The notes under the pieces are model-generated. The model ran no database searches. It worked only from the letters and a program-made list of their open reading frames with translations, and was not told where the DNA came from. From Rhodothermales bacterium (lineage in GTDB: Bacteria; Bacteroidota; Rhodothermia; Rhodothermales; Bin80): 64,000 nt of DNA. The DNA lies in contig JANQES010000094.1 in assembly GCA_028278205.1 (NCBI GenBank), forward strand, positions 17,995 to 81,994, read 5' to 3'. The position numbers and the translations under genes were made by a program. Positions 1 to 8,965 of the stretch are shown in pieces; positions within the stretch are counted from its first letter, which is position 1; each line of letters begins with the position of its first letter.

Positions 1-1
1 G

Positions 2-1756
2 TTATCGCCTTTTGCCTTCACCTTCTTCCGCCCCTTTCCCGAGGATAAGATTACGCTCCGTCGCCTGCTCGCCTTCGGCCTTCAGGATTGCAAGAAAGAC
101 CTCGTGACCATGCTGGTGATGGGGGTCTTGATCGCGTTGTTGGGCTTGCTCAGCCCCATCGCCACGGGGATGATTTTCAATACCTTCATTCCCGGAGCCC
201 AACGCAGCCAGTTGCTCCAGCTCACGGCCATTCTCATCGTCAGTGCGTTGGCCATCGGTTTTTTTGGACTGGCGCGCAGCCTGGCCATCTTGCGCATTAA
301 CGGGAAGTTGGGCACCAACGTGCAAACGGCGTTGTGGGATCGGCTGCTGCGCCTGCCCGTGTCCTTTTTCAAGGATTACACAGCGGGCGACCTCGCTATG
401 CGGGCCATGGGCATAAGCCAGATCCAGCGCTTGATGTCCGGCGTGGTGATCACCACGATCCTGGCGGCCCTCTTTTCCGTGTTCGACATCACCCTGCTCT
501 TTGTCTACAGCCCGCCGCTGGCGCTGTGGGCCATCCTGCTGGTGGGTATCGCCGTGGCGATTACCTTCGGGCTGACGTATTCCCAACTCCGTTTTCAACG
601 CGCCATTTCGGCGTTACGGACGAGGCTGTCGGGTCTGGTGCTCCAGTTTCTGACGGGCATCTCGAAGCTGCGCGTAGCCGGGGCTGAAGCCAAGGCCTTC
701 AAGCAATGGGCTGAACACTTCAGCAAACAGCGCAGCTTGCAGTATAAAGCCCATGTGACCGGCAACTGGACGATCATCTTCAATAATGTATTTCCCGTCG
801 CCGCGTCGATGCTCATCTATTATCAGGCGCTTATGCAAGTGACCGAGGGCGGCTCTTTGCTCACCGGCGACTTCCTGGCCTTCAATGCCGCCTTTACGAA
901 GTTTCTCTTTGCCATGGTGGCTACCAACGGGGCCTTGCAGGCCATCCTGGTGAGCATCCCCGTTTACGAAAACGCCCGGCCCATCCTGGAGACGCTGCCC
1001 GAAGTAAACCTCTCCAAGGCCAACCCCGGCGTGTTGCGCGGCGAGATAGAAATGCAACACGTGGCCTTCCGGTATACCCCGGACGGCCCGCTGATCCTCA
1101 AAGAGGTATCGATGCATATCGAGCCGGGGGCGTTTGTGGCCTTCGTGGGCACCTCCGGCTCGGGCAAATCCACGACGCTCCGCTTGCTCCTGGGCTTTGA
1201 GACCCCGGAATCCGGCTCCATCTTCTATGACGGGCAGGATCTGGCCGGGCTCGACATCCAGGAGGTGCGCCGGCAAATCGGGGTTGTGCTGCAAGACGGC
1301 AAACTCCTGCCGGGCGACATCTTCACCAACATCATCGGCTCGTCGCTGGCTACGATAGACGATGCCTGGGCGGCAGCCCGCATGGCCGGCTTCGACGAGG
1401 ACATCAAGCAAATGCCCATGGGGATGCACACCGTCATCAGCGCCGGTGGCAGCACCCTTTCGGGCGGGCAGCGCCAGCGCTTGATGATTGCGCGCGCCCT
1501 GGTCAACAAACCCCGTATCCTCTTCTTCGACGAGGCCACCAGCGCGCTCGACAACCGGACCCAGGCCATCGTCAGCGAAAGCCTGGAACGCTTGCAAGCC
1601 ACCCGCATCGTCATTGCCCACCGCCTCAGCACCATCATAAACGCCGATCACATCTTCGTGATGGATGCCGGATACGTCGTTGAGCAGGGGTCTTACGACG
1701 AGTTGATGGCGCTCGACGGGATCTTTGCCGAACTCGCCAAACGACAGATTGCCTAA
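2..1756 (+). CDS. ABC exporter, fused permease/ATPase, 5-prime partial (bacteriocin/NHLM-type exporter candidate)
   Basis: The frame is open from nt 2, so the gene runs off the left edge. Type-1 exporter TM region, then Walker A GTSGSGKST, signature LSGGQRQR, Walker B ILFFDEATSALD, H-loop IAHRL. Confidence 0.9.
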   Translation, partial: LSPFAFTFFRPFPEDKITLRRLLAFGLQDCKKDLVTMLVMGVLIALLGLLSPIATGMIFNTFIPGAQRSQLLQLTAILIVSALAIGFFGLARSLAILRINGKLGTNVQTALWDRLLRLPVSFFKDYTAGDLAMRAMGISQIQRLMSGVVITTILAALFSVFDITLLFVYSPPLALWAILLVGIAVAITFGLTYSQLRFQRAISALRTRLSGLVLQFLTGISKLRVAGAEAKAFKQWAEHFSKQRSLQYKAHVTGNWTIIFNNVFPVAASMLIYYQALMQVTEGGSLLTGDFLAFNAAFTKFLFAMVATNGALQAILVSIPVYENARPILETLPEVNLSKANPGVLRGEIEMQHVAFRYTPDGPLILKEVSMHIEPGAFVAFVGTSGSGKSTTLRLLLGFETPESGSIFYDGQDLAGLDIQEVRRQIGVVLQDGKLLPGDIFTNIIGSSLATIDDAWAAARMAGFDEDIKQMPMGMHTVISAGGSTLSGGQRQRLMIARALVNKPRILFFDEATSALDNRTQAIVSESLERLQATRIVIAHRLSTIINADHIFVMDAGYVVEQGSYDELMALDGIFAELAKRQIA

Positions 1757-1769
1757 CAAGCCATAAAAG

Positions 1770-3011
1770 GTGGATGCTATGCGCCCTGTGTTCTCGAAAA
1801 CCACGTACGCTATAGCAGGGCTGATGCTGTTTGCATTGGCTGCCTGCGAAGCATCGCATGATCCCGCCCAGGCGCGTATCGAGCGGGCCGAAGCCGGCAC
1901 GGGCGAGATCGTCATTGGCGCACCCTGGCCGTGGGAGGCGCGGGGCAGCTCCAGCCTCTATGGCGATGGCATGGACCTGGCCGTCGAAATGATCAACGCC
2001 GACGGAGGAGTGCTCGGACGCAAACTGCGCATCGCGCGGATCGACGACAAAGAATCGGTTAACGAAGGCCGTCTTGTGGCGCAAATCCTGGCCAACGACC
2101 CCGAGGTGGTTGCCGTGATCGGGCACTTGCAGTCCTACGTAACCATCCCCGCCGCCTCGATCTACGATCAAGGGGGTCTGGTGATGATTGCCCCGCTTTC
2201 GTCGAGCCCCAAGCTGACCCTGCAAGGGTTCAAACGGGTCTTTCGCACCACGTTCAACGACAAACAGGTGGGGCGGCAAATGGCGGTGTTTGCACACCGG
2301 CGCGGCTACGAGCGTGTGGCGATCCTCTACATGCGCAATACCTATGGGCGAGATCTGGCCAATGCCTTCGAAGAGCGCGCCCACGAGCTTGGGCTTAACG
2401 TCGTAGAACGGCAATCCTACACAGCCGCTGCCGAGCGCATTAAGACCAGCTTTGGCACGGTGCTCCGAAGCTGGAGAGACGTGGAACTCGACGCCATCTT
2501 TCTGGCTGGTGCCGTGCCCGAGGCTGGAACCTTTATCGTGCAAGCACGGGCCGCCGGCATCGACGTGCCCATTATCGGCGGCGACGCCATGGACGACGCA
2601 AGCCTGATGGAAGTGGGTGGAGAGGCGGCGGAAGGGACCATCATTGCGTCCAACTTTCACGTCGATGATCCCCGTCCGGTGGTGCAGCAATTTGTGCAGG
2701 TCTTCAACGAAAAAACAGGGCAGATGCCCAACCGCGGAGCCGCCGTCAGCTACGATGCCGTGCGGGTGTTGGCGCACGCCATGGAACAGGCCGGCTCGAC
2801 CGTGCCGGAAGAGGTCACCCAGGCGTTGCGCGCGATGGGGCCCTGGGAGGGGGTCACAGGTATCATGGCTTTCGACGAAAAAGGAGACCTCGCCGACGAT
2901 GTTCTCATCGCCAAGGTGGTTCGAAATGGAAAATTCGAGTACCTCGAAGCCCTGGCCGGCAGACTGGAGACGCCCCAAACAAAGGAAGACCTGGCAGCCA
3001 TCACGCCCTGA
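1770..3011 (+). CDS. Periplasmic binding protein type 1 (Leu/Ile/Val-binding-like) lipoprotein
   Basis: GTG start at 1770 (ATG at 1779). Lipobox-like LFALAAC near the N-terminus. LivJ/LivK-like pattern along the whole length (VIGHLQS, LVMIAP, GAVPEAG). Confidence 0.7.
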   Translation: MDAMRPVFSKTTYAIAGLMLFALAACEASHDPAQARIERAEAGTGEIVIGAPWPWEARGSSSLYGDGMDLAVEMINADGGVLGRKLRIARIDDKESVNEGRLVAQILANDPEVVAVIGHLQSYVTIPAASIYDQGGLVMIAPLSSSPKLTLQGFKRVFRTTFNDKQVGRQMAVFAHRRGYERVAILYMRNTYGRDLANAFEERAHELGLNVVERQSYTAAAERIKTSFGTVLRSWRDVELDAIFLAGAVPEAGTFIVQARAAGIDVPIIGGDAMDDASLMEVGGEAAEGTIIASNFHVDDPRPVVQQFVQVFNEKTGQMPNRGAAVSYDAVRVLAHAMEQAGSTVPEEVTQALRAMGPWEGVTGIMAFDEKGDLADDVLIAKVVRNGKFEYLEALAGRLETPQTKEDLAAITP

Positions 3012-3019
3012 ATAGGAGT

Positions 3020-3069
3020 GTCATGAGTCATGGGTCATGAGTGAGAAACCAATGAGCCATGACTCATGA
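3020..3069. repeat. Intergenic word-hairpin (CATGAGTCA/CATGACTCA words)
   Basis: gtcatgagtcatgg at 3020-3033 is the perfect reverse complement of ccatgactcatgac at 3056-3069. Lies directly after the stop of the binding-protein gene. Confidence 0.8.
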
Positions 3070-3129
3070 CCTATGACTGTCCAGTGTGTATCTCCTGAGT
3101 CTCTCAAATAAAAAAATCGAACCTGCCTC

Positions 3130-4299
3130 ATGAACAACCATCAGGCCTTCAGAGCGGACGTGTTGCGCCGATGCGGGGCGACCGAAGCCGAAATCGAAGA
3201 ATTGCTTCGGTATAACCAGAACGTGTTCGACCATAGCCAGGCCTGTCCCGGGTTCCCCCTGGAGGACGAACCGTTTGTTGAAACCTGGGCGCAGTATGCC
3301 GAAGCCTCCGAGCACGACGGCGTCTTCTCCACGCTCAAAGAGCAACTCATCCAACTTCAGTTTCCCATTCAGGAAGGGATCAGCCAGAGCGATGCCTATC
3401 AGACCGCCATTCGCCGGGGGCAGCTTAATGGGCACGCCGGGCAGCATCCGGAGCTGGAACTGGTCGCCCCCGACGCCCTCCGCCTGATGCTCTATCCGAC
3501 ACCAGCCGGGCGCATTCCTGTTTTGATCACCACCGAACGGTCCGATTTTGTGCGCCTCGTGCAGGCCCTCACGCGGCGCAACGAACCCCAGGTCGTTCCG
3601 CCTTCGATGGGGGCGTGCATGGTGGCCGGGTATAACAACTGGGGGCGTATCCGCGCGCTCCGCCTGGCATGGACTGCCAAACATCCCGGAGCAACCGAGG
3701 CGGCCTGGAAGCAGGCTTTCCGGCGTATCATCCCCCAAAAAGCCCTGTACCAGGATCGCTTCATCCTCCTGAGCGACGGCCCCTACAGCGCCGTACCCGC
3801 TGCGTCTCTGGGGCTGACCGACGCCCAGTGGCGCTCCTGCTCGCTGGCGATTCGGCTCGAACACGAGTGTGCCCATTACTTCACCCGGCGGGTGTTGGGA
3901 TCGATGCGCAATGCCTTGTTCGACGAGGTGTTGGCCGATTATATGGGGCTGGTCGTTGCCGTCGGACGTTTCCGTGCCGATTGGTTCTTGCGCTTCATGG
4001 GCCTGGAACGGTTTCCGCACTACCGAGAAGGCGGACGCCTGCAGAACTATCGGGGCAAACCGCCTCTTTCGGATCGCGCCTTTGAGCTTTTGCAAACCCT
4101 CGTATACCACGCTGCCGAAAACCTCGAACGCTTCGACGCGCGCCGAACCCTGGATTTGAGTATGACCCAGCAAAAAGCCTGGCTTCTGTGGGCCATCTCG
4201 CAACTAACCCTGGAACAGTTGGCGGCAGAGAACGGCGCTACCGCCATCGAGCAAACAGTGGCGGACGCGGTCAGGATGTATCAGGACGTTGTCGTGTAA
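3130..4299 (+). CDS. Hypothetical protein with HExxH motif (possible metallopeptidase)
   Basis: 389-aa ORF with normal coding composition. Contains LEHECAHYF (HExxH). I do not recognise the family. Confidence 0.55.
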   Translation: MNNHQAFRADVLRRCGATEAEIEELLRYNQNVFDHSQACPGFPLEDEPFVETWAQYAEASEHDGVFSTLKEQLIQLQFPIQEGISQSDAYQTAIRRGQLNGHAGQHPELELVAPDALRLMLYPTPAGRIPVLITTERSDFVRLVQALTRRNEPQVVPPSMGACMVAGYNNWGRIRALRLAWTAKHPGATEAAWKQAFRRIIPQKALYQDRFILLSDGPYSAVPAASLGLTDAQWRSCSLAIRLEHECAHYFTRRVLGSMRNALFDEVLADYMGLVVAVGRFRADWFLRFMGLERFPHYREGGRLQNYRGKPPLSDRAFELLQTLVYHAAENLERFDARRTLDLSMTQQKAWLLWAISQLTLEQLAAENGATAIEQTVADAVRMYQDVVV

Positions 4300-4319
4300 T
4301 TAATCTTGGGCTGCCAGCC

Positions 4320-5564
4320 ATGTCGGATTTAAACGAAGCGGCTCTGCACAAGTACACGCTCTATGGACCCGCTTACAAAACCGATCCATACACTACCCTT
4401 AGGGCCTTGCGGAGCGAGGGGCCTGTTTGCCCGCTGATGGGTATTACCGGAAAAAAAAAAGTATGGTTCGTCTCGCATTATAAAGAAGCCCGACAGGTGT
4501 TGCGCGATCACAAACGCTTCGTGACGGACATCCGCAATACCTATACACCCGAAGAAAAAGCGGCCCAACGGCCCGTGCCCAGGCTGGAGCGGTATCTGCG
4601 GGGGCACTTGCTCAGGCGCGACTGGGAGGACCACACGCGGCTGCGCAACCTGTTGCAAGCGGCCTTCCACAAACGGGCCGTCGAACAAATGCGACCCCGT
4701 ATTCAGCACCTTGCCGAGGCCTTGCTCGATGCCGTAGAGGATCAGCACGAGATGGACCTCATTGAGGACTTTGCCTTGCCCCTTCCCAGCCAGGTTATCC
4801 TCGAAATCTTAGGCTTTCCTACCGATCATGATCATGTAGCTCGCCTCCGTTCGTGGACAGAAGCCATTACCATTCATCCGCAGGCCGTGATAACACCGCA
4901 AGAACGCCTTGAGACCCAGGCGGGCTTCATCACCTATCTGCGCGCCTGCTTCGACGAGCGCAAGGCCAACCCACAAAACGACTTGATGACGCACCTTGTC
5001 AGGGCGGTGCAAGAAGGACAGCTTCGCAAGGAAGAATTTTTCAGTATGGTCACCATCTTGCTCATGGCCGGGCATGAACCCTCCGTCAGAATGATCGGCA
5101 ACAGCATGTTGGCCTTGCTTCAACATCCCGAGCAACTTGGCATGCTCAAGGCCCACCCTACGATGCTTGATCGAACCATAGAGGAACTGTTACGCTATGA
5201 TGGTTCCGTGGAAAGAGCCACCCCCCGCTTCGCCACCGAGGATCTGGAACTCGGAGGCCAACAGATAAGCCGGGGCGATACCGTGATTGTCATCCTGACC
5301 AGCGCCAATCGCGATGAGCACGTATTTGAAAACCCGGACGTCCTCGATGTTGACCGGCAGGCCCGTTCTCATCATCTAAGCTTCGGCTATGGACCCCACT
5401 TCTGCGTGGGAGCCTCGCTGGCACGCCTCGAGATCAAAATCGCCATCGAAACCTTATTGCGCCGGTTCCCCAGACTACGCCTTGCCGTACCGGTCGCATC
5501 CCTTGAATGGGCCATCCTCCCGGTCGTACGTGTTATAAGCAGCCTGCCGGTTCGGTGGGATTAA
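4320..5564 (+). CDS. Cytochrome P450
   Basis: Heme-thiolate loop FGYGPHFCVGASLA, I-helix LLMAGHEPS, ExxR-like EELLRY. ATG at 4320 (MSDLNEAAL) is preferred over the upstream ORF-track start, which overlaps the previous gene. Confidence 0.9.
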   Translation: MSDLNEAALHKYTLYGPAYKTDPYTTLRALRSEGPVCPLMGITGKKKVWFVSHYKEARQVLRDHKRFVTDIRNTYTPEEKAAQRPVPRLERYLRGHLLRRDWEDHTRLRNLLQAAFHKRAVEQMRPRIQHLAEALLDAVEDQHEMDLIEDFALPLPSQVILEILGFPTDHDHVARLRSWTEAITIHPQAVITPQERLETQAGFITYLRACFDERKANPQNDLMTHLVRAVQEGQLRKEEFFSMVTILLMAGHEPSVRMIGNSMLALLQHPEQLGMLKAHPTMLDRTIEELLRYDGSVERATPRFATEDLELGGQQISRGDTVIVILTSANRDEHVFENPDVLDVDRQARSHHLSFGYGPHFCVGASLARLEIKIAIETLLRRFPRLRLAVPVASLEWAILPVVRVISSLPVRWD

Positions 5565-5951
5565 TCCTATTTGTTTTGGTATAACACACAGATGACCAGG
5601 GGCTTCGGCATGGTCATGAAAAAAACCCTTGAACGCTTTCCTTTGCCGGTAGTATTTTTAGCGCGTCGTAACTATTTAGATACCCGGATAGCGTTTTTTG
5701 CCTCAATCGCTTATTCTGTGTCGCGGCGAGCCCGCCTTTAGGCTGAAAACGACTCTTCTCGTAGTCCCAGGTTCTGTAAATCGTCCAATTTGAACCAGAA
5801 CCGACGTTTTGCTGGCCTAAATAGTTACCCGATGTCAATCAGGAAGTCCCGTATCTCCCACCAACTTGATGCCCTGATTGATAGCTCTCCCTGGTATCCG
5901 TAGAATGGCAGCATGCCCCCTGCCATTGTTTCCCTTGAAGGTCGAATTGTT

Positions 5952-6596
5952 ATGGTACTGTCTCAGGCACAGATACGCATTATCGTGGCCGATGACCACG
6001 CTGTAATCCGGGCCGGCATCTGCCGCTGGCTCGATCAAGAGCCGGACCTTGCCGTGATTGCCCAGGCTGAAAACGGACGCGAAGCCCTCCGTCTGATTCA
6101 GCAGCACCGCCCGGACGTACTCCTGACGGACATTGAGATGCCGGATCTGCTGGGGTTAGAACTGGTGGGGATGATTCGAGAAAAGCATCCCGATATCAGT
6201 GTCGTCTTGATGACGGCCTATAAAGGGTGGTACGTCCGCGAGATTATGGACGTCGGCGGCGTCGGCTATTTGAGCAAGGAGGCAGAGCGCGAGATGTTTG
6301 TCCTGGCTATCCGCTGGGCCGCTCGCGGTAAATGCTGGATCGACCCGGAAGAGCTACGCGAAGAAATAGACCGCGTCCGCGAGCTAGACTATCTGGGGCT
6401 GACCCCTACCGAGCGGCGCATTCTTGCCCTCATCGACCGCCCGAATGCGGGCATTTCGCAGCAACTCGGCATGAAGGAGACGACGCTCCGCAAGACGCAT
6501 CTGTCTAATATCTTTTTCAAGATCGGCGTCAACAAACGGCACGAGGCCATTGCCTGGGCCCGGCGCAAGAAGCTGCTCGGACGCGACCACGCCTGA
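5952..6596 (+). CDS. NarL/FixJ (LuxR-type) response regulator
   Basis: Receiver domain (IIVADDH, DVLLTDIEMPD, MTAYK) plus C-terminal LuxR HTH (LTPTERRILALI...TLRKTHLSNIFFKIGV). Alternative start at 5913. Confidence 0.85.
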   Translation: MVLSQAQIRIIVADDHAVIRAGICRWLDQEPDLAVIAQAENGREALRLIQQHRPDVLLTDIEMPDLLGLELVGMIREKHPDISVVLMTAYKGWYVREIMDVGGVGYLSKEAEREMFVLAIRWAARGKCWIDPEELREEIDRVRELDYLGLTPTERRILALIDRPNAGISQQLGMKETTLRKTHLSNIFFKIGVNKRHEAIAWARRKKLLGRDHA

Positions 6597-6625
6597 CTGT
6601 GCCGGCGCTGCCGGGCCGCTGCCTC

Positions 6626-6697
6626 TCATCCCGCCCCCTCATCCGGCATATCCAACTGGTGATCCTGTCCGGGCCGTTCGACTGAGTATCTGCTCAT
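6626..6697 (-). pseudogene. Truncated duplicate of the RiPP precursor 5-prime end (MSRYSVERPGQDHQ then divergent, stop after 23 codons)
   Basis: The first 14 codons and the upstream sequence are identical to the intact precursor start at 7111. The frame then reads LDMPDEGAG and stops. Confidence 0.5.
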
Positions 6698-6721
6698 GAT
6701 GTACCTCTTCGTTTGCGTGAT
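6656..6721. repeat. Direct repeat copy 2 flanking the precursor gene
   Basis: The 52 nt at 6656-6707 are identical to 7070-7121, with degenerate similarity for about 14 nt more. Confidence 0.85.
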
Positions 6722-6787
6722 GGAGAGGTTATTTCTGGATGCGCCCTCAGCAACCGCGAGAGCCTGGCACCCTCATGATTACAGCGG

Positions 6788-7111
6788 CTAATTGCTCCAA
6801 TCGCCCAGATCGCAGGCATCGCATGCAGGACAAGGTGAGCCGCCTGCGGCCTGCTCCAGGTCTGCCTCGCTCAACTCCTCCCCTGCCGAGACCGGAGCCG
6901 GCAACGCCGCCGCATAATCGTACCCCTGCGCGTCGAAAAACCTGATCGTGAAGCTCTCGGGCACGGCCACGCCCGTCTCCTGGCGGATGGCTGCGTGCGG
7001 ATCCTTCAGCGCCAGGGCGCGGAATTCGGGGTCGCTCGCCGCCCGATGAAGCACTGCTTCGATGGCGGCCTGGTGATCCTGTCCGGGCCGTTCGACTGAG
7101 TATCTGCTCAT
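6788..7111 (-). CDS. RiPP precursor peptide with NHLP-type (nitrile hydratase-like) leader and Cys/Asp-rich core
   Basis: 107 aa. Leader AASDPEFRALALKDPHAAIRQETGVAVPESFTIRFF...EELSEADLEQAAGG, then core SPCPACDACDLGDWSN. AGGAGG lies 7 nt upstream. The ATG overlaps the TGA of the upstream rSAM gene (ATGA). Confidence 0.8.
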   Translation of the reverse strand: MSRYSVERPGQDHQAAIEAVLHRAASDPEFRALALKDPHAAIRQETGVAVPESFTIRFFDAQGYDYAAALPAPVSAGEELSEADLEQAAGGSPCPACDACDLGDWSN

Positions 7112-7135
7112 GATGTACCTCCTTGTTTGAGTGAC
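7070..7135. repeat. Direct repeat copy 1 (rSAM 3-prime end plus precursor 5-prime end)
   Basis: See 6656-6721. The two copies are 414 bp apart. Confidence 0.85.
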
Positions 7136-8622
7136 TGGTGCTTTCGCCAACCGAGGTGATGCCGGTCGAAGTCGTTGAGGTTGTCGTCGATCATGATGCC
7201 GAGTTCCACCGCGCGCCTGAGTTCCTGGCACCAGCGATCATCCGGCTCGTGCATCGATCCGTGCTCTTCTAGGCTCATGTGAAAGCAGCCGCCGCCGCAG
7301 AAATACCGCGCCCAACACGCGCTACACTTGGGATGCGACAGGCCGTAGTTCTCGAAGTAGGGTTGACGCCGGGTCAGGTCGAAGCCTTCGTTGACGTTAC
7401 CGAGCTTCATGTCTTCCTGCCCCACAAAGCGGTGGCACGGATACACATCGCCGGTGTTGGAAATGCTCATGTAGCTTCGACCGGCGCCGCAGAAATACAG
7501 CTTTCTATTCTTCGTCCAAAGCCGCTTCAAAATGTCGTTGAACCGAGAGGAATAGACGGGGCGGCGTGTTTTGATCAGGTTGATCGTCTCCCGGGCTATC
7601 TGCTCCAGGCTGTTTAAGATTTTCTGCAAATGTACCTGCTTGAGATGCGAGTCGGGCTGCTGGAGCATCACTACATCCGCCCGATGATACGTGGGGCGAT
7701 CCGTGAGCACGGGCAGCGCCTGGAACAGGTCGTCCTCCTCCACGACGCCGGCAGCGACAGCCTCATCAGCGGGCACCTCCTCCAGATTAGGCATCGCGAC
7801 GGTGGTCAACTGAACCGCTTTGAAGCCGATCTCAAGCAGCGCGCGTTGCACCTTTTCCAAATCGGCATTGTAGCCGGTGATCGTAGCGCGCCCGCTGGCC
7901 CGTCCGTCTCTTGAGTCAAGAAAACGTTCTACCCTGGCCTTGATATCTTCGTAGGACCCTTTACCTCCTTTGAAGGGCCGGTTTTTATTCTGCATCTCGG
8001 CATCGCCATCATAGCTGACGACGACGCCGAAGTCGTGTTCGTTGAGGTAGTCAATCGTCTCCTCATTAAATCTGGTCCCGTTGGTCGTTATGGTGAAAGC
8101 AATCTTTTTGCCCTTCGTTTCGGCTTTTTCGGTTGCATAGGCCACCACCTCCTTGATCAGTGGGAAATTCAGCAGCGGCTCGCCCCCAAAGAAACAAATC
8201 GTTAACTGCTCAGCGTCTCCTGCATTATCGATCAGGAAGTCAACCGCTTGATAGGCCGTTCCGCCATTCATATACCCTTTGTGGCCGTACTCTCCGCCCA
8301 CGCCGTAGCAGTAAATACAATCGAGGTTGCAAAGCTGCGCCACGTTCAAGGCGATGGTGGCGATGGGCGCCTTTTCAGGATTCGCAAGCTTGACTTGAGG
8401 CAGCGCAGGCGGTGCGTCCAGTCTCAGGTTCAATTGATCGAGCGCCTCCAACAACGCCGGCTCGACCTGCCGGTCATCGAGCACCGGTTGCTCGCCGAGA
8501 TCCCGAACAGCCTTCGCCAACGGCGCACTGATGCGATAGGCCTCCATGTGCTCAACGTGGAACAGATACCACACATCTTCAAGCGCGAAGGTATGATGCT
8601 CGGCCAGATAAAAGACGGACAT
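7108..8622 (-). CDS. Radical SAM / SPASM-domain peptide maturase
   Basis: CNLDCIYCY (CxxxCxxC) near aa 98. C-terminal auxiliary-cluster cysteines CGAG...YPCH...HPKCSACWARYFCGGGCFH. Confidence 0.9.
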   Translation of the reverse strand: MSVFYLAEHHTFALEDVWYLFHVEHMEAYRISAPLAKAVRDLGEQPVLDDRQVEPALLEALDQLNLRLDAPPALPQVKLANPEKAPIATIALNVAQLCNLDCIYCYGVGGEYGHKGYMNGGTAYQAVDFLIDNAGDAEQLTICFFGGEPLLNFPLIKEVVAYATEKAETKGKKIAFTITTNGTRFNEETIDYLNEHDFGVVVSYDGDAEMQNKNRPFKGGKGSYEDIKARVERFLDSRDGRASGRATITGYNADLEKVQRALLEIGFKAVQLTTVAMPNLEEVPADEAVAAGVVEEDDLFQALPVLTDRPTYHRADVVMLQQPDSHLKQVHLQKILNSLEQIARETINLIKTRRPVYSSRFNDILKRLWTKNRKLYFCGAGRSYMSISNTGDVYPCHRFVGQEDMKLGNVNEGFDLTRRQPYFENYGLSHPKCSACWARYFCGGGCFHMSLEEHGSMHEPDDRWCQELRRAVELGIMIDDNLNDFDRHHLGWRKHQSLKQGGTS

Positions 8623-8805
8623 AGGACGTGGGGATACGAACTTCGTGGAGAAAGGAAGCCGGCTACCGTCGTGTCGTCAAGATGTGTGCCAGAGATGATG
8701 CAGCGGCGGTGAGCGGCGCCTCCAGTCCGTCGTAGAGCCCGCTTTTTTAAACAGACGCGCCGGGGAACGATGCCCGGCAACCGAGCCGGCGCCCCCCGGC
8801 ATGCT

Positions 8806-8965
8806 GTTCCCTCCCTTCGTATTCCGCAGGGCTGTTAAGTGCTCTGAAAATGGTCGTTCGGCAACACCAACCAGTTTCCCCTCCTTTCGCAGGAGGGGAA
8901 CTTGAGATACCACGCCGAAGAGAACTTAACAGCCCTGCCCGCAGACGGGAACCAGGAGGGGAACT
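8806..8965. repeat. Nested inverted-repeat structure upstream of the rSAM operon
   Basis: Perfect 15-bp pair 8826-8840 / 8924-8938 encloses a 9-bp hairpin 8876-8884 / 8892-8900. An outer pair lies near 8806-8815 / 8956-8965. A direct repeat of about 49 bp sits at 8891-8939 and 8954-9003. Confidence 0.75.

Noticed and set aside
614-2978. Long minus-strand ORFs (614-1915, 433 aa; 1635-2978, 447 aa) antisense to the ABC exporter and binding-protein genes.
   Set aside because: These are typical shadow ORFs of GC-rich DNA. Their composition is Arg/Gly/Ala/Pro-rich, they have no motifs, and they fully overlap well-supported plus-strand genes.
5565-5951. AT-richer 390-bp spacer between the P450 and the response regulator, with ORFs 5614-5838 and 5835-6107 on the minus strand. 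Considered as small genes or an ncRNA.
   Set aside because: The ORFs have no SD and no motifs, and one overlaps the regulator gene. I could not identify a convincing conserved structure by eye. This is left unannotated.
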